Under the pieces are notes generated by a model that saw only the letters and a program-made list of their open reading frames with translations, was not told the origin of the DNA and did not search any database. A stretch of 63,951 nucleotides of DNA, the filler included, from Guillardia theta CCMP2712 (Eukaryota; Protista; Cryptophyta), in assembly GCF_000315625.1 (NCBI RefSeq). It is 5 parts of 4 records of this genome, joined end to end, with 100 filler letters (N's around TTAATTAATTAA, not from the genome) between each part and the next. Parts side by side here need not be neighbours in the genome. Positions count along the whole stretch, not along the records: positions 1 to 24,133 come from NW_005434629.1; positions 24,234 to 38,525 come from NW_005434315.1; 3 more parts are not named here. The stretch is one strand, 5' to 3'. Made by a program: the position numbers and the translations under genes. Position 1 is the first letter of the stretch. Every line of letters starts with the position of its first letter. Shown here piece by piece: positions 13,475-24,241 of the stretch.

Positions 13475-16378
13475 ATGGCGAAAAGGATGAAGCAGCAGCT
13501 GATGATGGTGATGATGGTGATGATGCATGCAACCTCCTCCTCCTCCTCCTCCTCCTCCTCCTCCTCCTCCTCCTCCTCCTCCTCCTCCTCCTCTCCCAAT
13601 TCAGAATCTTCATCTCAGAACTCCTCTTGTCTACGGTGCAATGCCTCCCCTTTTCTCAATGGACCCCGCCTGTGCTCTTCGCCGATCCCAGCCTCTCTGT
13701 GCCCCTGCAGCAAGTCTGCATCGCTGTCAATGGCCCCAGTGTCCGGCGAGAGAGGCTGGTCTATGCGCTGGCAGCTCATGGATGTGAGCTCTCCAGCAGT
13801 GCAGCAGCTCTCCTTAGACGTAGACTTGTCATCTCTCCCTGCTCTCGTGCCGTGGGTGGTGCAAGTGCAGTTGCGTCAAGGGATGGAGGTGCTCGCAGTG
13901 AAGGAGTACCTGGTTGATGAGCATGCGTTATCTCACGGCTCAGGATGCCTTGCATTCGTCTACGAGGACGCGAGCCCTGGCACGTATGTCTTCATGGTCG
14001 TCCTGCACCGGATGGGAGGCGACGAGGTGGAGGTTGTTGCCATCGGGGATCACAGTGTGCAGGTCGTGAATGCGTCTGAGCCGGAGATGCTTATGGAGCA
14101 TGCGACCGTGCAGGAGAGCGAGATGTCCATCTCCATCCGCCTGCGGGGGATGACTGGGAACAACCTCCTGCTTGTCCTCCTTGTCACCGAGGTGAACTCG
14201 CTGGCGCAGTCCAGGGAGATGCTGGTACTGCGCATCAACAGCTCCGAGCATGCGCAGGACGTGCGAGTCTCAGCTCCGGGAGGAAGCGAGTATCTGATAT
14301 TGGCGACGGTCTCGGAGCTCGAGAGCCAAGTCAACAGCTCCCTCACTCCCATCCTCACAGTCCGTAAGTTCCTCAAGGTATCGAGGTGCGACAGGATCTG
14401 CGTGCTTGAGGACGATTTCTCGCGCTCGCTGCGGCAACCAGCAGACAGCAGGAGCCCCGAAGCTGCTTCCTCCCCCCGTCCCGCCAGTGCAGAGACTCGC
14501 TTCCAGCCTCATCCGGAGGAAGTGCTGTGCAACCTGATGACGAGCCTCAGTCCTGAGCATCTCGTGGCGGGGGCTCCATTCAAGGTTTGGATCAGAGCAG
14601 GAGGCCTGGTGGCTGGTGGCAGGTACAGGATCCACGTGTCCTTCAGGCACAAAGAGACGCAGGTTGTCCTCTTCCACAAGGCGGTTGTCTTTGTTGCCGA
14701 TGGCTCGACAGGCTCGGGGAGAGAGGTGGAGTTCGATGTCTCGTCCGCATGGTCCGAGCAAGTGGTGATGGTTTCGGTCTTGTACGACTTCTTTGCAGAG
14801 CGCGAGAGTGAGGATACGTTGCTTGCGCAACTATCGCGCAAAGTTGAAGCCCTGCAGCCCTGCATGGTCTCATACCTGTGGACCTCCGGGCAACCTCTCT
14901 TCCAGGGTCAGGTGCCGTACCAGCGATCTCCTTTCTCCATGTCAGTCAGGGTGACCAGGAGGCTGCCCGAAGATGAGCTGGGCTTGACATTGTCAACCGT
15001 CGCCACCCTTGACAGAGCTGTTGCGCTCATCAATTCTGCGGCGCAGTGGAATGAGCACGTGGCGGTCGCCTTCTACGCCCGGAGCGTGTCAGAGCAGGAG
15101 CAGATCAAGAAGATAGTGCAGCAGACACTAGGGCCATGGTTCACTGAGAGAAACAAGACGCTAGAAGCTGCTCTCCTGACGTCTTGCCCTGACAAGGACA
15201 AACCTGGTATTCCCTTGGTGTTTCCGATCAACATGCTCAGAAAGATCTCATGTGCGATAGCTCGCACGGACTTGGTCCTGTACGCGGACGTAGACATGCT
15301 CGCGTCGGATTGGCTGGCGTCCAACATACGGCAGGCCTACCAGGACGGAAAGGTTGGGCCGACGGAGCTGCTGGTGATCCCCTCCTTCAAGTCCTCCGAG
15401 GCCTGGCCCATGGAAGCCGGCATCTCCCTAGAGCAGCAGCGGATGCGCGTCGAGCCCGTCTCGATCTCCATGGACGCTTTGCGGCTCAACTTCCAGAGGC
15501 GTCAGGTGTGGATCCCCGGACTTGTGGGGGGCATGTGGTCAACGGCTGGCAGATGGCACGAATCTGGTGTGTTCCATGCGGGTACTGAGTACGACAGGTG
15601 GATGGAGGCAGAGGAGACGTACCAGGTCAAGTACATCCTTGGCTACGAGCCCTACGTGGTGGTCAACCGGACCGCCTGGCGGGGGAGCCACGGGGTCGGG
15701 CTGTACGACGATCGCTTTGTGCATTGGGGATGGGACAAGGTTTCCTTCGGGTTGGAGGCTTGCAACCTGGGGTACACCTTCACGGTTCTCCCCAAGAGCT
15801 TCCTCGTCCATGGGTCGTCGGGGATCACCGGCGTTGAGCACTTTGTGTTTGACAAGCTCGACATCGTTGTGCATCCCCAGCAGGGGGTTGACACCAGCTG
15901 GGGACCCCCAGACACACACGGCCGGGAGCTGCTGCAAAGCCTCGTGTCAGACTACTACACAGACGTGCAGCCCCATGTGCCAATCCGCTCCTGCCTCATC
16001 AGAGCGTTTAAGGACGACAAGTGCGACAGCAGCAGCATCCACCTCGTCCAGAGCACGACGTTGGAGCTCGTGGGCAACGAGCACCTCATCCATCTTGACA
16101 TCTTCGGGCTTTCGAGAGCGACTGGATACCAGGTGTCGGTGCGGGCATACAGACACACCGACAAGGGCGAGGCTGAGGAGGACGGGAGCTTCTTCCTCTT
16201 GCTGCCCGACACTCTTGTTGACGACCCTCACGGGATGTCGGTGTCAGTCGGGAGGCTCTCGCCGGGGCTTCACAGGGTACGAGTGGAGCTAAAGGATCTG
16301 CATGCGGCGAGGCTCCTGCAGGACAAGGCGATCCTTGCGTGGGATGAGCACAAGTACGAGGTACCCGACAGACACTGA
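13475..16378 (+). CDS. Glycosyltransferase family 49 (LARGE/B4GAT1-like), intronless
   Basis: Motifs LTLSTVATLDR, FPINMLRKISCAIARTDLVLYADVDM (DxD), LLVIPSF, HAGTEYDRW, YEPYVVV and YDDRFVHWGWDKVS...GYTFTVLPKSFLVH match GT49. First ATG at 13475, followed by a hydrophobic signal-like segment. Confidence 0.85.
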   Translation: MAKRMKQQLMMVMMVMMHATSSSSSSSSSSSSSSSSSSSSPNSESSSQNSSCLRCNASPFLNGPRLCSSPIPASLCPCSKSASLSMAPVSGERGWSMRWQLMDVSSPAVQQLSLDVDLSSLPALVPWVVQVQLRQGMEVLAVKEYLVDEHALSHGSGCLAFVYEDASPGTYVFMVVLHRMGGDEVEVVAIGDHSVQVVNASEPEMLMEHATVQESEMSISIRLRGMTGNNLLLVLLVTEVNSLAQSREMLVLRINSSEHAQDVRVSAPGGSEYLILATVSELESQVNSSLTPILTVRKFLKVSRCDRICVLEDDFSRSLRQPADSRSPEAASSPRPASAETRFQPHPEEVLCNLMTSLSPEHLVAGAPFKVWIRAGGLVAGGRYRIHVSFRHKETQVVLFHKAVVFVADGSTGSGREVEFDVSSAWSEQVVMVSVLYDFFAERESEDTLLAQLSRKVEALQPCMVSYLWTSGQPLFQGQVPYQRSPFSMSVRVTRRLPEDELGLTLSTVATLDRAVALINSAAQWNEHVAVAFYARSVSEQEQIKKIVQQTLGPWFTERNKTLEAALLTSCPDKDKPGIPLVFPINMLRKISCAIARTDLVLYADVDMLASDWLASNIRQAYQDGKVGPTELLVIPSFKSSEAWPMEAGISLEQQRMRVEPVSISMDALRLNFQRRQVWIPGLVGGMWSTAGRWHESGVFHAGTEYDRWMEAEETYQVKYILGYEPYVVVNRTAWRGSHGVGLYDDRFVHWGWDKVSFGLEACNLGYTFTVLPKSFLVHGSSGITGVEHFVFDKLDIVVHPQQGVDTSWGPPDTHGRELLQSLVSDYYTDVQPHVPIRSCLIRAFKDDKCDSSSIHLVQSTTLELVGNEHLIHLDIFGLSRATGYQVSVRAYRHTDKGEAEEDGSFFLLLPDTLVDDPHGMSVSVGRLSPGLHRVRVELKDLHAARLLQDKAILAWDEHKYEVPDRH

Positions 16379-16599
16379 GGGCCGACGATTACAGTGACTG
16401 ACGTATCACAAGCAACTCGGCGTGTTATTCTTTCACTCCTCTCTCTCCTTGGCTTCATGCCTACCCGGTCTCAAAAGATTCCGTGAAGGACCGGGCATAG
16501 CACTCATTATTATTTCTTGCGATGAGCTGTATAGCATCAGGTCTAATTCTAGTAAATCCGCCACTTCTCCATCGATACTTTTAACCGTTCTCAACACGT

Positions 16600-17460
16600 C
16601 TCATCACACAGGGTATTCTCCATTTCCTCTTCCTCTTTACAATTTGCTTGCCGTCTTGCTTGCACCTTCGACGAGTATACACACCGACAGCAGCTCTGTA
16701 CATCTTTCCTTCCTCCTTACTGCATGCTCAGCTCATTCTGCATCTCGAAAAGAGTTCGCTCCTCAGCAAACGCATCCCAGAGCGCCTGTTGACCCTCTCC
16801 ATGGCAGCCGCTTCCGACGCTGAGATTCTCTATCAACTCTCGTACTCCCCTTACAAAAGCAAGACAAACCAGGAATGCAAGTTGGTCCAAAACGACGGGT
16901 CTTGTTGGAACGACTCACGCCATATCTCCCTTTCCTGTCACAATTTCCACTCACATGAGCAAGCATGCAACTCAAGTCACTCACTTCGGCGAAGTGATCC
17001 TCCTGCTGGAAGCTCCCCAAGAAATCCTTGGGGTAGATGTCATCCCTCAACGCCCACTGAAACTCCAGTCAAAATTCGTGGAATCAGCCGACAAGGGCGT
17101 GCCTGTAGCGCGAGGAACTCCCAGTTCTTCTTGCTAGTGGCGTCGGACGATAGGCTCTCCTCCAGCTCGTGATGCCCGGGATGCACATCACCAAATGCCG
17201 GCACCCTAATGCGGCGCTCAGCTTCATGCTGACTGTCAGCAGGAAGGGACGTCCTCACCTGTTCGCAGCAAGGGATACACTTGAGCGACGATGGCCAGGA
17301 ACGAGAACGAGACCGGCGGCGGGGTGTCCAGTGCAGGTTGCTCGCGCCACGTTGGACCTCAAGGAAACTTGATGCTGCGGTGCAGGAGAGAAGCACAATG
17401 AACTCGGAATGGCAGCCAACATAAGCAGGAGATGAACGCTACATCTGACTTGGACCATCG
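16600..17460 (-). CDS. Multi-exon hypothetical protein, possibly plastid-targeted
   Basis: VHLLLMLAAIPSSLC-F signal-like segment, then exons RVPAFGDVHPGHHELEES and DIYPKDFLGSFQQEDHFAE with short introns. Confidence 0.35.
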
Positions 17461-18456
17461 GCTGAACTAATGTTCCAGCAGTAGCTGCTACAAGAATGAT
17501 GTCAGGGCTCATCAGAATCATGGGGAGTAAGACTGTTGCTAGAGAGGCATTGCTGAAAGACGAAAACTGTTCAAAACAAGGGGGGCTATTGTGCTTCCCC
17601 GCTGCAATCCAATGTACTTCATACCACATAGACGTGAAAGAAGAGATGCACCAATATTTCAGGTTACACACCGCATGATTACAATACAAAAATATTGCGC
17701 AGAGAAGAAAGGTTTTCTTCTCTTGCTATCTGATATGCAGCAAGGCCAAAGCTCGTCACAAAACCGCAAACCAGGGGAAAAGCAGTCAAAACTTCAGGGG
17801 ACACTACATAAACAGAGGCAAAGAGCGAGCAGGGGTACATGAAGATGTTGTGACGACTGTCATCTCTCTCTATGCTACTCGTCTCTCTGTCGCTTCTTGT
17901 CATGGGCATCACACAAGGGCGGCAACTGCAGCAAAAGGGCAGAGCCATGCCCGTCGCTGCATCACACCTAATAAGCTTGTAGTTGTGAAATATTGTACCC
18001 ATCTTCGGTTCAGTGGTAGTGATAATGCTATATATTTGTTTTACATTTGTATAAAGTTTATACTTTTAAAAATAACTATTCAAGATCTGGTATGTTCCGT
18101 TGGCCCCCGAAGATTCATACAGTACAAACCTCAGGTTTTAGAGAACAAAACAAAATGATTAGCTCATGATGTTTTGATGAAGATTTATTAGCTTGAAGAA
18201 GTTTCAATTTTTCAAAAACATTTTAGTTAACCAAAATTAAAACTATTTAGTTTGATATCAGAAGGATCGATGTGCTGTACTGGTAATATTTAAAAAATAT
18301 ATATTGAAAATCCGATATCTTGCTACCTTGTATATAATTATGTATATTCCTTTGACTATTGTATTTCCATGAAATCTGTACCAGACCCAATTAACATTCT
18401 AGAAAAACTTGTACAAAACAAAAAATCACAGTACTGTTTTTATCTAAATTTAGAGC

Positions 18457-18471
18457 CGAAAGTTCTCGAAG
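18457..18471 (+). promoter_or_regulatory. Heat-shock element (nGAAnnTTCnnGAAn)
   Basis: cGAAagTTCtcGAAg is a perfect three-unit HSE ~360 bp upstream of the HSP20 ATG. A further TTCtaGAA lies at 18397-18404. Confidence 0.65.
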
Positions 18472-18832
18472 TCGAATGGGACCATGTCGCATACCCACCC
18501 CACCCCATAGTTGAAATGCACCCTCTCCTTATCACCCTATGTCGGACTGCAATGACATGGTTGTAAGTACCGGTTCATTGACCATCCGCTACTCTTTATC
18601 ACAGTACCCCACCCACTTAATTGTACCATAACCTAGCCTCTGATTTTGCAGTGAACAGGACCGGTACTGGATCCGAACTCCCTGTAGATAAAAAGCTTCC
18701 CGTTCCGATCCGTAGATCCATACTTTCACTCGCGTCCCTCGCTCGCCTCGCCCCTCGTTCCTCGCTCTAGCTTTCGTCTGAAGCACTTGTCCTCCTTCGT
18801 TGCCTGCCTCTCCTCTCCACACACCCGCATCC

Positions 18833-19477
18833 ATGATGATGTACAGCTCCAGGACTACGTTGCTAAGCCTCGTGCTCTTTGCTTGCCTCCTCCCATCGTT
18901 CGCGACCAGCTGGGGAATCACCATGAGCCCCGCTCACTTCTTCGACCTGAACACTCGGTCGTTTCCAAACCCACGAAACATCATGAAGACTTTCGACCAG
19001 CTCGAGAGTGAGACTGACAGCATGCTCCGATCGTTCCTCGAGTATGCTGACGACATGGTGGGGACCGAGGTCGCTGAGACTGAAAATGCGACTGAAGTTG
19101 CCACCGTGAAGTCATCGGACAGACTTCGACTCCGCCCAAGGTTTGACTTGCAGGAGACCGAGGATGGGCACATCCTCACTGTGGCCACGCCCGGGCTGAG
19201 CAAGGAGGAGGTGAATGTCGACCTGGTGGAGAACGACGTGTCGCTGGGAGGACCGGTCCTGGTCATCTCGGGTCAGAGCAAGACCAAAGAGAACTCCACT
19301 AGGCCGGCCGAGCTCCCGCTCAGGTCCCACTACAAGAAGTTCGACCGTAAGATCAAGCTCCCCGCCGGCACCACCAGAGAAAGCCTCAAGGCGCACTACG
19401 AGAATGGGCTGCTGGAAGTCTTTATCAAGGACCATGGCAAGAAGGAAGTTCAGAGCCACAAGATTCCTCTCCTGTGA
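18833..19477 (+). CDS. Small heat shock protein (HSP20/alpha-crystallin domain) with signal peptide
   Basis: PRFDLQETEDGHILTVATPGLSKEEVNVDL, VLVISGQ, FDRKIKLP, AHYENGLLEVFI and C-terminal KIPLL. N-terminal LLSLVLFACLLPSFATS-W. Confidence 0.9.
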   Translation: MMMYSSRTTLLSLVLFACLLPSFATSWGITMSPAHFFDLNTRSFPNPRNIMKTFDQLESETDSMLRSFLEYADDMVGTEVAETENATEVATVKSSDRLRLRPRFDLQETEDGHILTVATPGLSKEEVNVDLVENDVSLGGPVLVISGQSKTKENSTRPAELPLRSHYKKFDRKIKLPAGTTRESLKAHYENGLLEVFIKDHGKKEVQSHKIPLL

Positions 19478-19579
19478 GATTGACGGGGGAGACTTTGCAT
19501 GTGCCTGTAAGCAGCTCTCGTTGTCTGCATGTAATAAACAAGTTCACTGTTACCGCCCGCCTCCCTCCTCCCTCGGAAA

Positions 19580-22500
19580 CTTCGGGCGCACGTTCCCCGC
19601 TTGTCTCCCCGGCGTGTTTTCACTGTACAAGCGTCTCGACCGTTGCGAGCGTCACCTCAGCCTCTGCGTTTCACCCTCATGCCTCTCAGTCTTGCGTCTT
19701 CCCGTCTCCTCCCTCCTCCACCGATCGAACTTTGAACGGATGCGTCCCGAAGGCCTTCGGGTCTCCCGTCGGGTTGACGCTGACGAGGAAGTCAGCAAGG
19801 TGCTGCGTGTGCATCCCCTGCCAGTGACCAGCCCCCCACTGCTCCTTGATCGCCTCATGGAGGGGAACGAGCTGATCGCCGAAGCCCAGCCTCTTGTCTC
19901 CCGAGTAATCCTGTGAGAAATCGTCAATTGAGAGAAAGCAGAGAGAGAGCTGTCTCCTACCTCAAGCTTGCCGTACATGAGGTGTCGGTTGTCCTCCCCT
20001 GCCGGCAACGCCCAGAATCTGTCCCCTATCAGCCCGTGATCGTCGTCCTGCTTCTCCATCTTCACGTTGTGCTCCACCGATCCCGTGTACGTCGATCTCT
20101 GCAGCTCCTTGTTGGAGAAGAGCCTCGGCACCATCTTGTCATCTCCTCCCACCAGGTGGTCCCCGAGCTTGCCTCGGTTCGCCTTGGAGAACTCGCTCTC
20201 GTCTACTGTCCCTATGAAGTCCTTCGGGGCTTCTCCGCTTGCCATGGCAGACGCAGGGACAGACGTCAGCTGCCCGCTAGCGTCCTCCTGCCTCCTCCCG
20301 TATCGGTATGGCACGTCGGGGTTGGTATACTTCCACTCGCTCCCATACATGGTCCGCATGTTCTCCTCCGACGCCGGGTCAAGATGAGCAAAGTGATCGT
20401 GATATGTGATCCCGCTCGTCTCCTTGTCGTGCGATGCTGCATCCTCATACCTGACAAGATCATCTCTAGCGAACCTTTCCTGGCGCTGGGGCATAGGAGG
20501 ACTATCGGACAAGACAGGCTGCGAGGCCGACGATGAGGAGGAGGAGGAGGAGGAGGCTGCCTTTGACTGAACGTTGGCGGGGAGGGCCTTCTTTACAATG
20601 GCACCAACAGTGTCCTTGAGTACGGCTGACAGAGCAGATTTGTATCCCTCTGACTCCCCTCGTTGGACTTCCAGGGAAGTTTTCATCTGCTCGATCTCGT
20701 GCTTAAGGGGCTCCACTGTCTTGTCCACCTCGGATGCGATCGCCGACTTCATCTGCCTCTCGAATCCTGTCAGAGCCGAACGCAAATCAGCAGCTGAGTT
20801 GGCTCGAGGAGTTGGATGGTGAGGAGGTTGAGCCTTTGCGATCTGCTTCTGCTCGTGATGAACGGTTGGCCGTTTCACTTGATGCGCTATGGCCGGCTGC
20901 CTCACTTCCCCGCCCGATGTCTTAGCGGCAGCGACTGCGCGGTCGAAGGGAGGGCGAACAATCAAGGAATGAGCTTTGACCTTCACTGCTTCTGACTGCA
21001 TGACTTTCTTCGCCTGCTGTTCTTGGAAACGTTTCGCTTTCAACATCCTCCTGTGAGACTTCCGCACCCTCGAAGCCGCTCGCTTCACTTGCAACTTCTC
21101 CTGCTCTAAGATGCTGTCGAGGTTCTGCTTTGCGTTGTTGGTATTGTGGTTCGATGAATGCTTCGAGAGTTGAGCAGGAGCAACCTGGATCGTCAAGAAT
21201 GAGAACTTTAGGAAGACGGAGGAAAGCTAGAGATCGATTCACCTCCTTGTGCGTCTTCAACCTCGATGCCTCATGCAGATACTTCTCGGTCAACTGCTTA
21301 TTGCGGGCAGCCTCCTTCTCCAGCTCCGATTTCTCATCTTCCATCTTCTGCAGGGAATGGGCGACCTGGGACGTTATTGTGAGGAATGGGCAGCTAGCAC
21401 AAGAGGAGCAGCCTCACGTGAAGGGCCTGTGAGTCAAACGAAGAATCAGCAAGGAGGTTTGCAATAGCCTTGTGGATCGTCATTGACTTGAGCGAAGATT
21501 CCAACGAACTCCTTGATCAAATCGATCACCAAGAAGGATGGGGTAGCAAGCTAACACTCACTTGGCCATGTCTCTTGCTTCAATTATCTTCTTCGACTCT
21601 GCAACATCCTTCTTTCTTTGCTGTTCGCTACAATGAGCTGATTCTCACTAACAGATGTCAAGTTTACCTCCTTGAGTTTCTCCACTTTACGGCGAATCTC
21701 GGCAGCTTTCTTCAGGGTGTCTCGTTTCTTCTCACTATCCATGCGGTCCTTCTTAGAACCAGCCAGAAAGGTCTTGGCATCCTTCAGCGCCTGTTGCTCC
21801 CTGCTGAGAGCAGCCTGCTCAATCATGAGCGCCTCGTTCGATCTCACTTGCTTCATCTCGGCTTGAGCAGATTTCTTCTGTTCCTCTGCCTCCTTGGTGA
21901 GAGCTTCTTGCTGCTGCAGTTCGTTCTCTAGGGAGCCAAGGAGAGGGTCTTGCTGCACTTGCGCAAGAGACGAAAGCCGAGCTTTCTGCTCCGGTGCCAC
22001 TCGTCGACCCTTATCAAGGTTCTCTGCTCCAGCCTTGGAGTGGTCCACCTTAACCATCCTCCCTCCATTCCTTGCGATGGCCTTGGTGTAGAGGTCCGGG
22101 AAAGCATCTTTCAGCCTATCCAGCCCACTGATCTGAGGAGGATCTTTCACCAGTTTGCTCTCCTTCTCGCCGGATCCTTCAGACTGAGCCATCCTCCTGG
22201 CTCTATCGAAACTTCCGCCGTTCCTCTTCATTGCCTTCTCGTAGAGGTCTGGGTCCTTGGCAGCTAGGTTGAGCAGCCCGTTCCCTAGAGCCTCCTGCCC
22301 TTGCCCAAGGAATCGCTTCCCTGCCATGTCCTCGCACTTCGGGGAATCAGGGGCACACCAGCTGGCAGGCACCTTGCCAAACTTAGAGATCATGTAGTGC
22401 GCCCTCCTTGCCGAGGCCTGGTGACCCGCATCGAACCTGGAGTCCTGCCAACATCCAGTTACAGGAAGCACGTCAAGACAGCTCGGGTTCATTACCAGCC

Positions 22501-22672
22501 CAGCCAGAAGCCTGTCATCTTCCTCGAGCTGCTTCATCAAGATCGCATCTCCCGCCGAGCTCGACAAGAGTTCAATCCGAGGAACTTTGCCATACCCCAT
22601 GTACAACAAACAGCATGTCGAAGCCAACATGACCAACAGTGAGCTCCTCAATGGCATGGTCATCTGCAGCAA
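19580..22672 (-). CDS. Multi-exon coiled-coil hypothetical protein with N-terminal signal anchor
   Basis: Long exonic ORFs 21584-22672 and 19652-21196 with heptad Glu/Lys/Gln-rich regions and N-terminal SSLLVMLASTCCLLYM. Confidence 0.55.
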
Positions 22673-23044
22673 GGTGTATCAGATACTGATTTTACAGCTT
22701 CTTGACCAAGCCATGTTCATATCATAACGGCAAAGCTACGTGAATCCTTCCATTCACAAGAAACTCTTAGCCAATCACATCCATTGGCAAAACGTTCTCC
22801 TGTCTTGTCAGGCTCTCTCCATAGGCCGTGCACTAATCTGACTTGCTCCCTACCACACGGACGTCGCTCTCATCCTCCCTTTCCTCACTCTCCTGAGTCC
22901 CTCCCCCCCTCTCCCTCCCTCCCTCCCTCCCTTCCTCCCTCCTGCTCATGTTTCTCTTCCTCTGCCTCTCCTTCAAGTACTTGTCGCAAGATGTATGCAT
23001 CACGACGAAGAGACACGAGGTCTCATACAGCCCGCATTTCCCAG

Positions 23045-23660
23045 TACAGCCGGTGGCACTTTCGGCCGGGCCGCAGCGCGGCGGCGCGGGGCCGCGCCCC
23101 GGGGCCCGGGGCGCCGCGACTCTGTGTGACTCGCCGTGACTGGCCCGGCGGGCCATCAGTTTACTCAAAGTTAAGTTACAAATCAGTACGAGCCCACAGC
23201 CATGGTGCTGCCACGTGACTGAGCCGGCGGCCCGGCCGCCCGGCGGGCGCCGGGCCCGGCGTACTAGGCCGCTGACTCAGTGACAGTGAGTCGGACGGTC
23301 CGGACTGCCCCGCCCGACTCTTACCACGCCGTTCCGAGCCGGCGGCGCGGCGGCCGGACCGAGCAACGGCCGCGGCGGGTTCCGACGACCGTACGGTTAA
23401 CGATTCAGCCTGCCACGGCTACAGGCCCTTCTGAACTTGGAGTTCCGAGTTCCGTGGCAGCCTTCGGCTGGCCGCCGGGCGGCCGGGGCTGCCTCCGGGG
23501 GCTGCCTCCGCCGGATCGGCCCGCCGGATCATCGGCGCCGGAGAGTGGCACAGTGAGTCACAAGAGTCACCCCGCCTGAGCCTCGGAGGCACTGATGCCA
23601 ACTCTTACGTTCATGACAGTCATGCTCCCGGCGAATTCACGGTGACGGTGACGGTGAATT
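23045..23660. promoter_or_regulatory. GC-rich CCGG/TGACTC-rich island
   Basis: Same composition as the other islands, upstream of the minus-strand gene at ~22670. Carries TTTACTCAAAGTTAAGTT at 23160-23177. Confidence 0.5.
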
Positions 23661-23799
23661 TGAACTCTTCTTGGGTGCCAGGTCCTCATTGAAACATTTG
23701 TTTAGAAAGAGAAACGTTGGTGCGGCTTGTGTCATTCCTCCACTGACTCCTTCTCCTCCCACCCCGCCCTCTTTCTTCTCCTCCTTCTCTGCCGGGGCC

Positions 23800-24133
23800 T
23801 CTCCCTCTCCCTCTCCCTCTCCCTCTCGCTGTCCGAGTCCCTCTCGCTGTCCCTCTCCCTCTCCCTCTCGCTGTCCCTCTCGCTCTCGCTCTCGCTCTCG
23901 CTCTCGAGGGCCTCTCGCTCTCGCTCTCGCTCTCGCTCTCGCTCTCGCTCTCGCTCTAGCTCTCGCTCTCGCTCTCGCTCTCCCTATCGCTCTCGCTCTC
24001 GCTCTCGCTCTCGCTCTCGCTCTCGCTCTCGCTCTCGCTCTCGCTCTCGCTCTCGCTCTCCCTCTCGCTCTCGCTCTCGCTCTCCCTCTCGCTCTCGCTC
24101 TCGCTCTCCCTCTCCCTCTCGCTCTCGCTCTCG
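23800..24133. repeat. (GCTCTC)n / (CCTCTC)n microsatellite running into a gap
   Basis: Directly visible hexamer tandem repeat. Confidence 0.95.
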
Positions 24134-24241
24134 NNNNNNNNNNNNNNNNNNNNNNNNNNNNNNNNNNNNNNNNNNNNTTAATTAATTAANNNNNNNNNNN
24201 NNNNNNNNNNNNNNNNNNNNNNNNNNNNNNNNNAGGTCACC

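Noticed and set aside
18060-18070. Partial match (ATACTTTTAA) to the flank/guide of omegaRNA copy 1
   Set aside because: Only ~10 nt in AT-rich DNA, as expected by chance.
24178-24189. TTAATTAATTAA palindromes embedded in N runs (also ~38570, ~57420, ~61721)
   Set aside because: Identical artificial gap linkers with stops in all frames. They are not biological and are unrelated to the TTAA junctions in the island.
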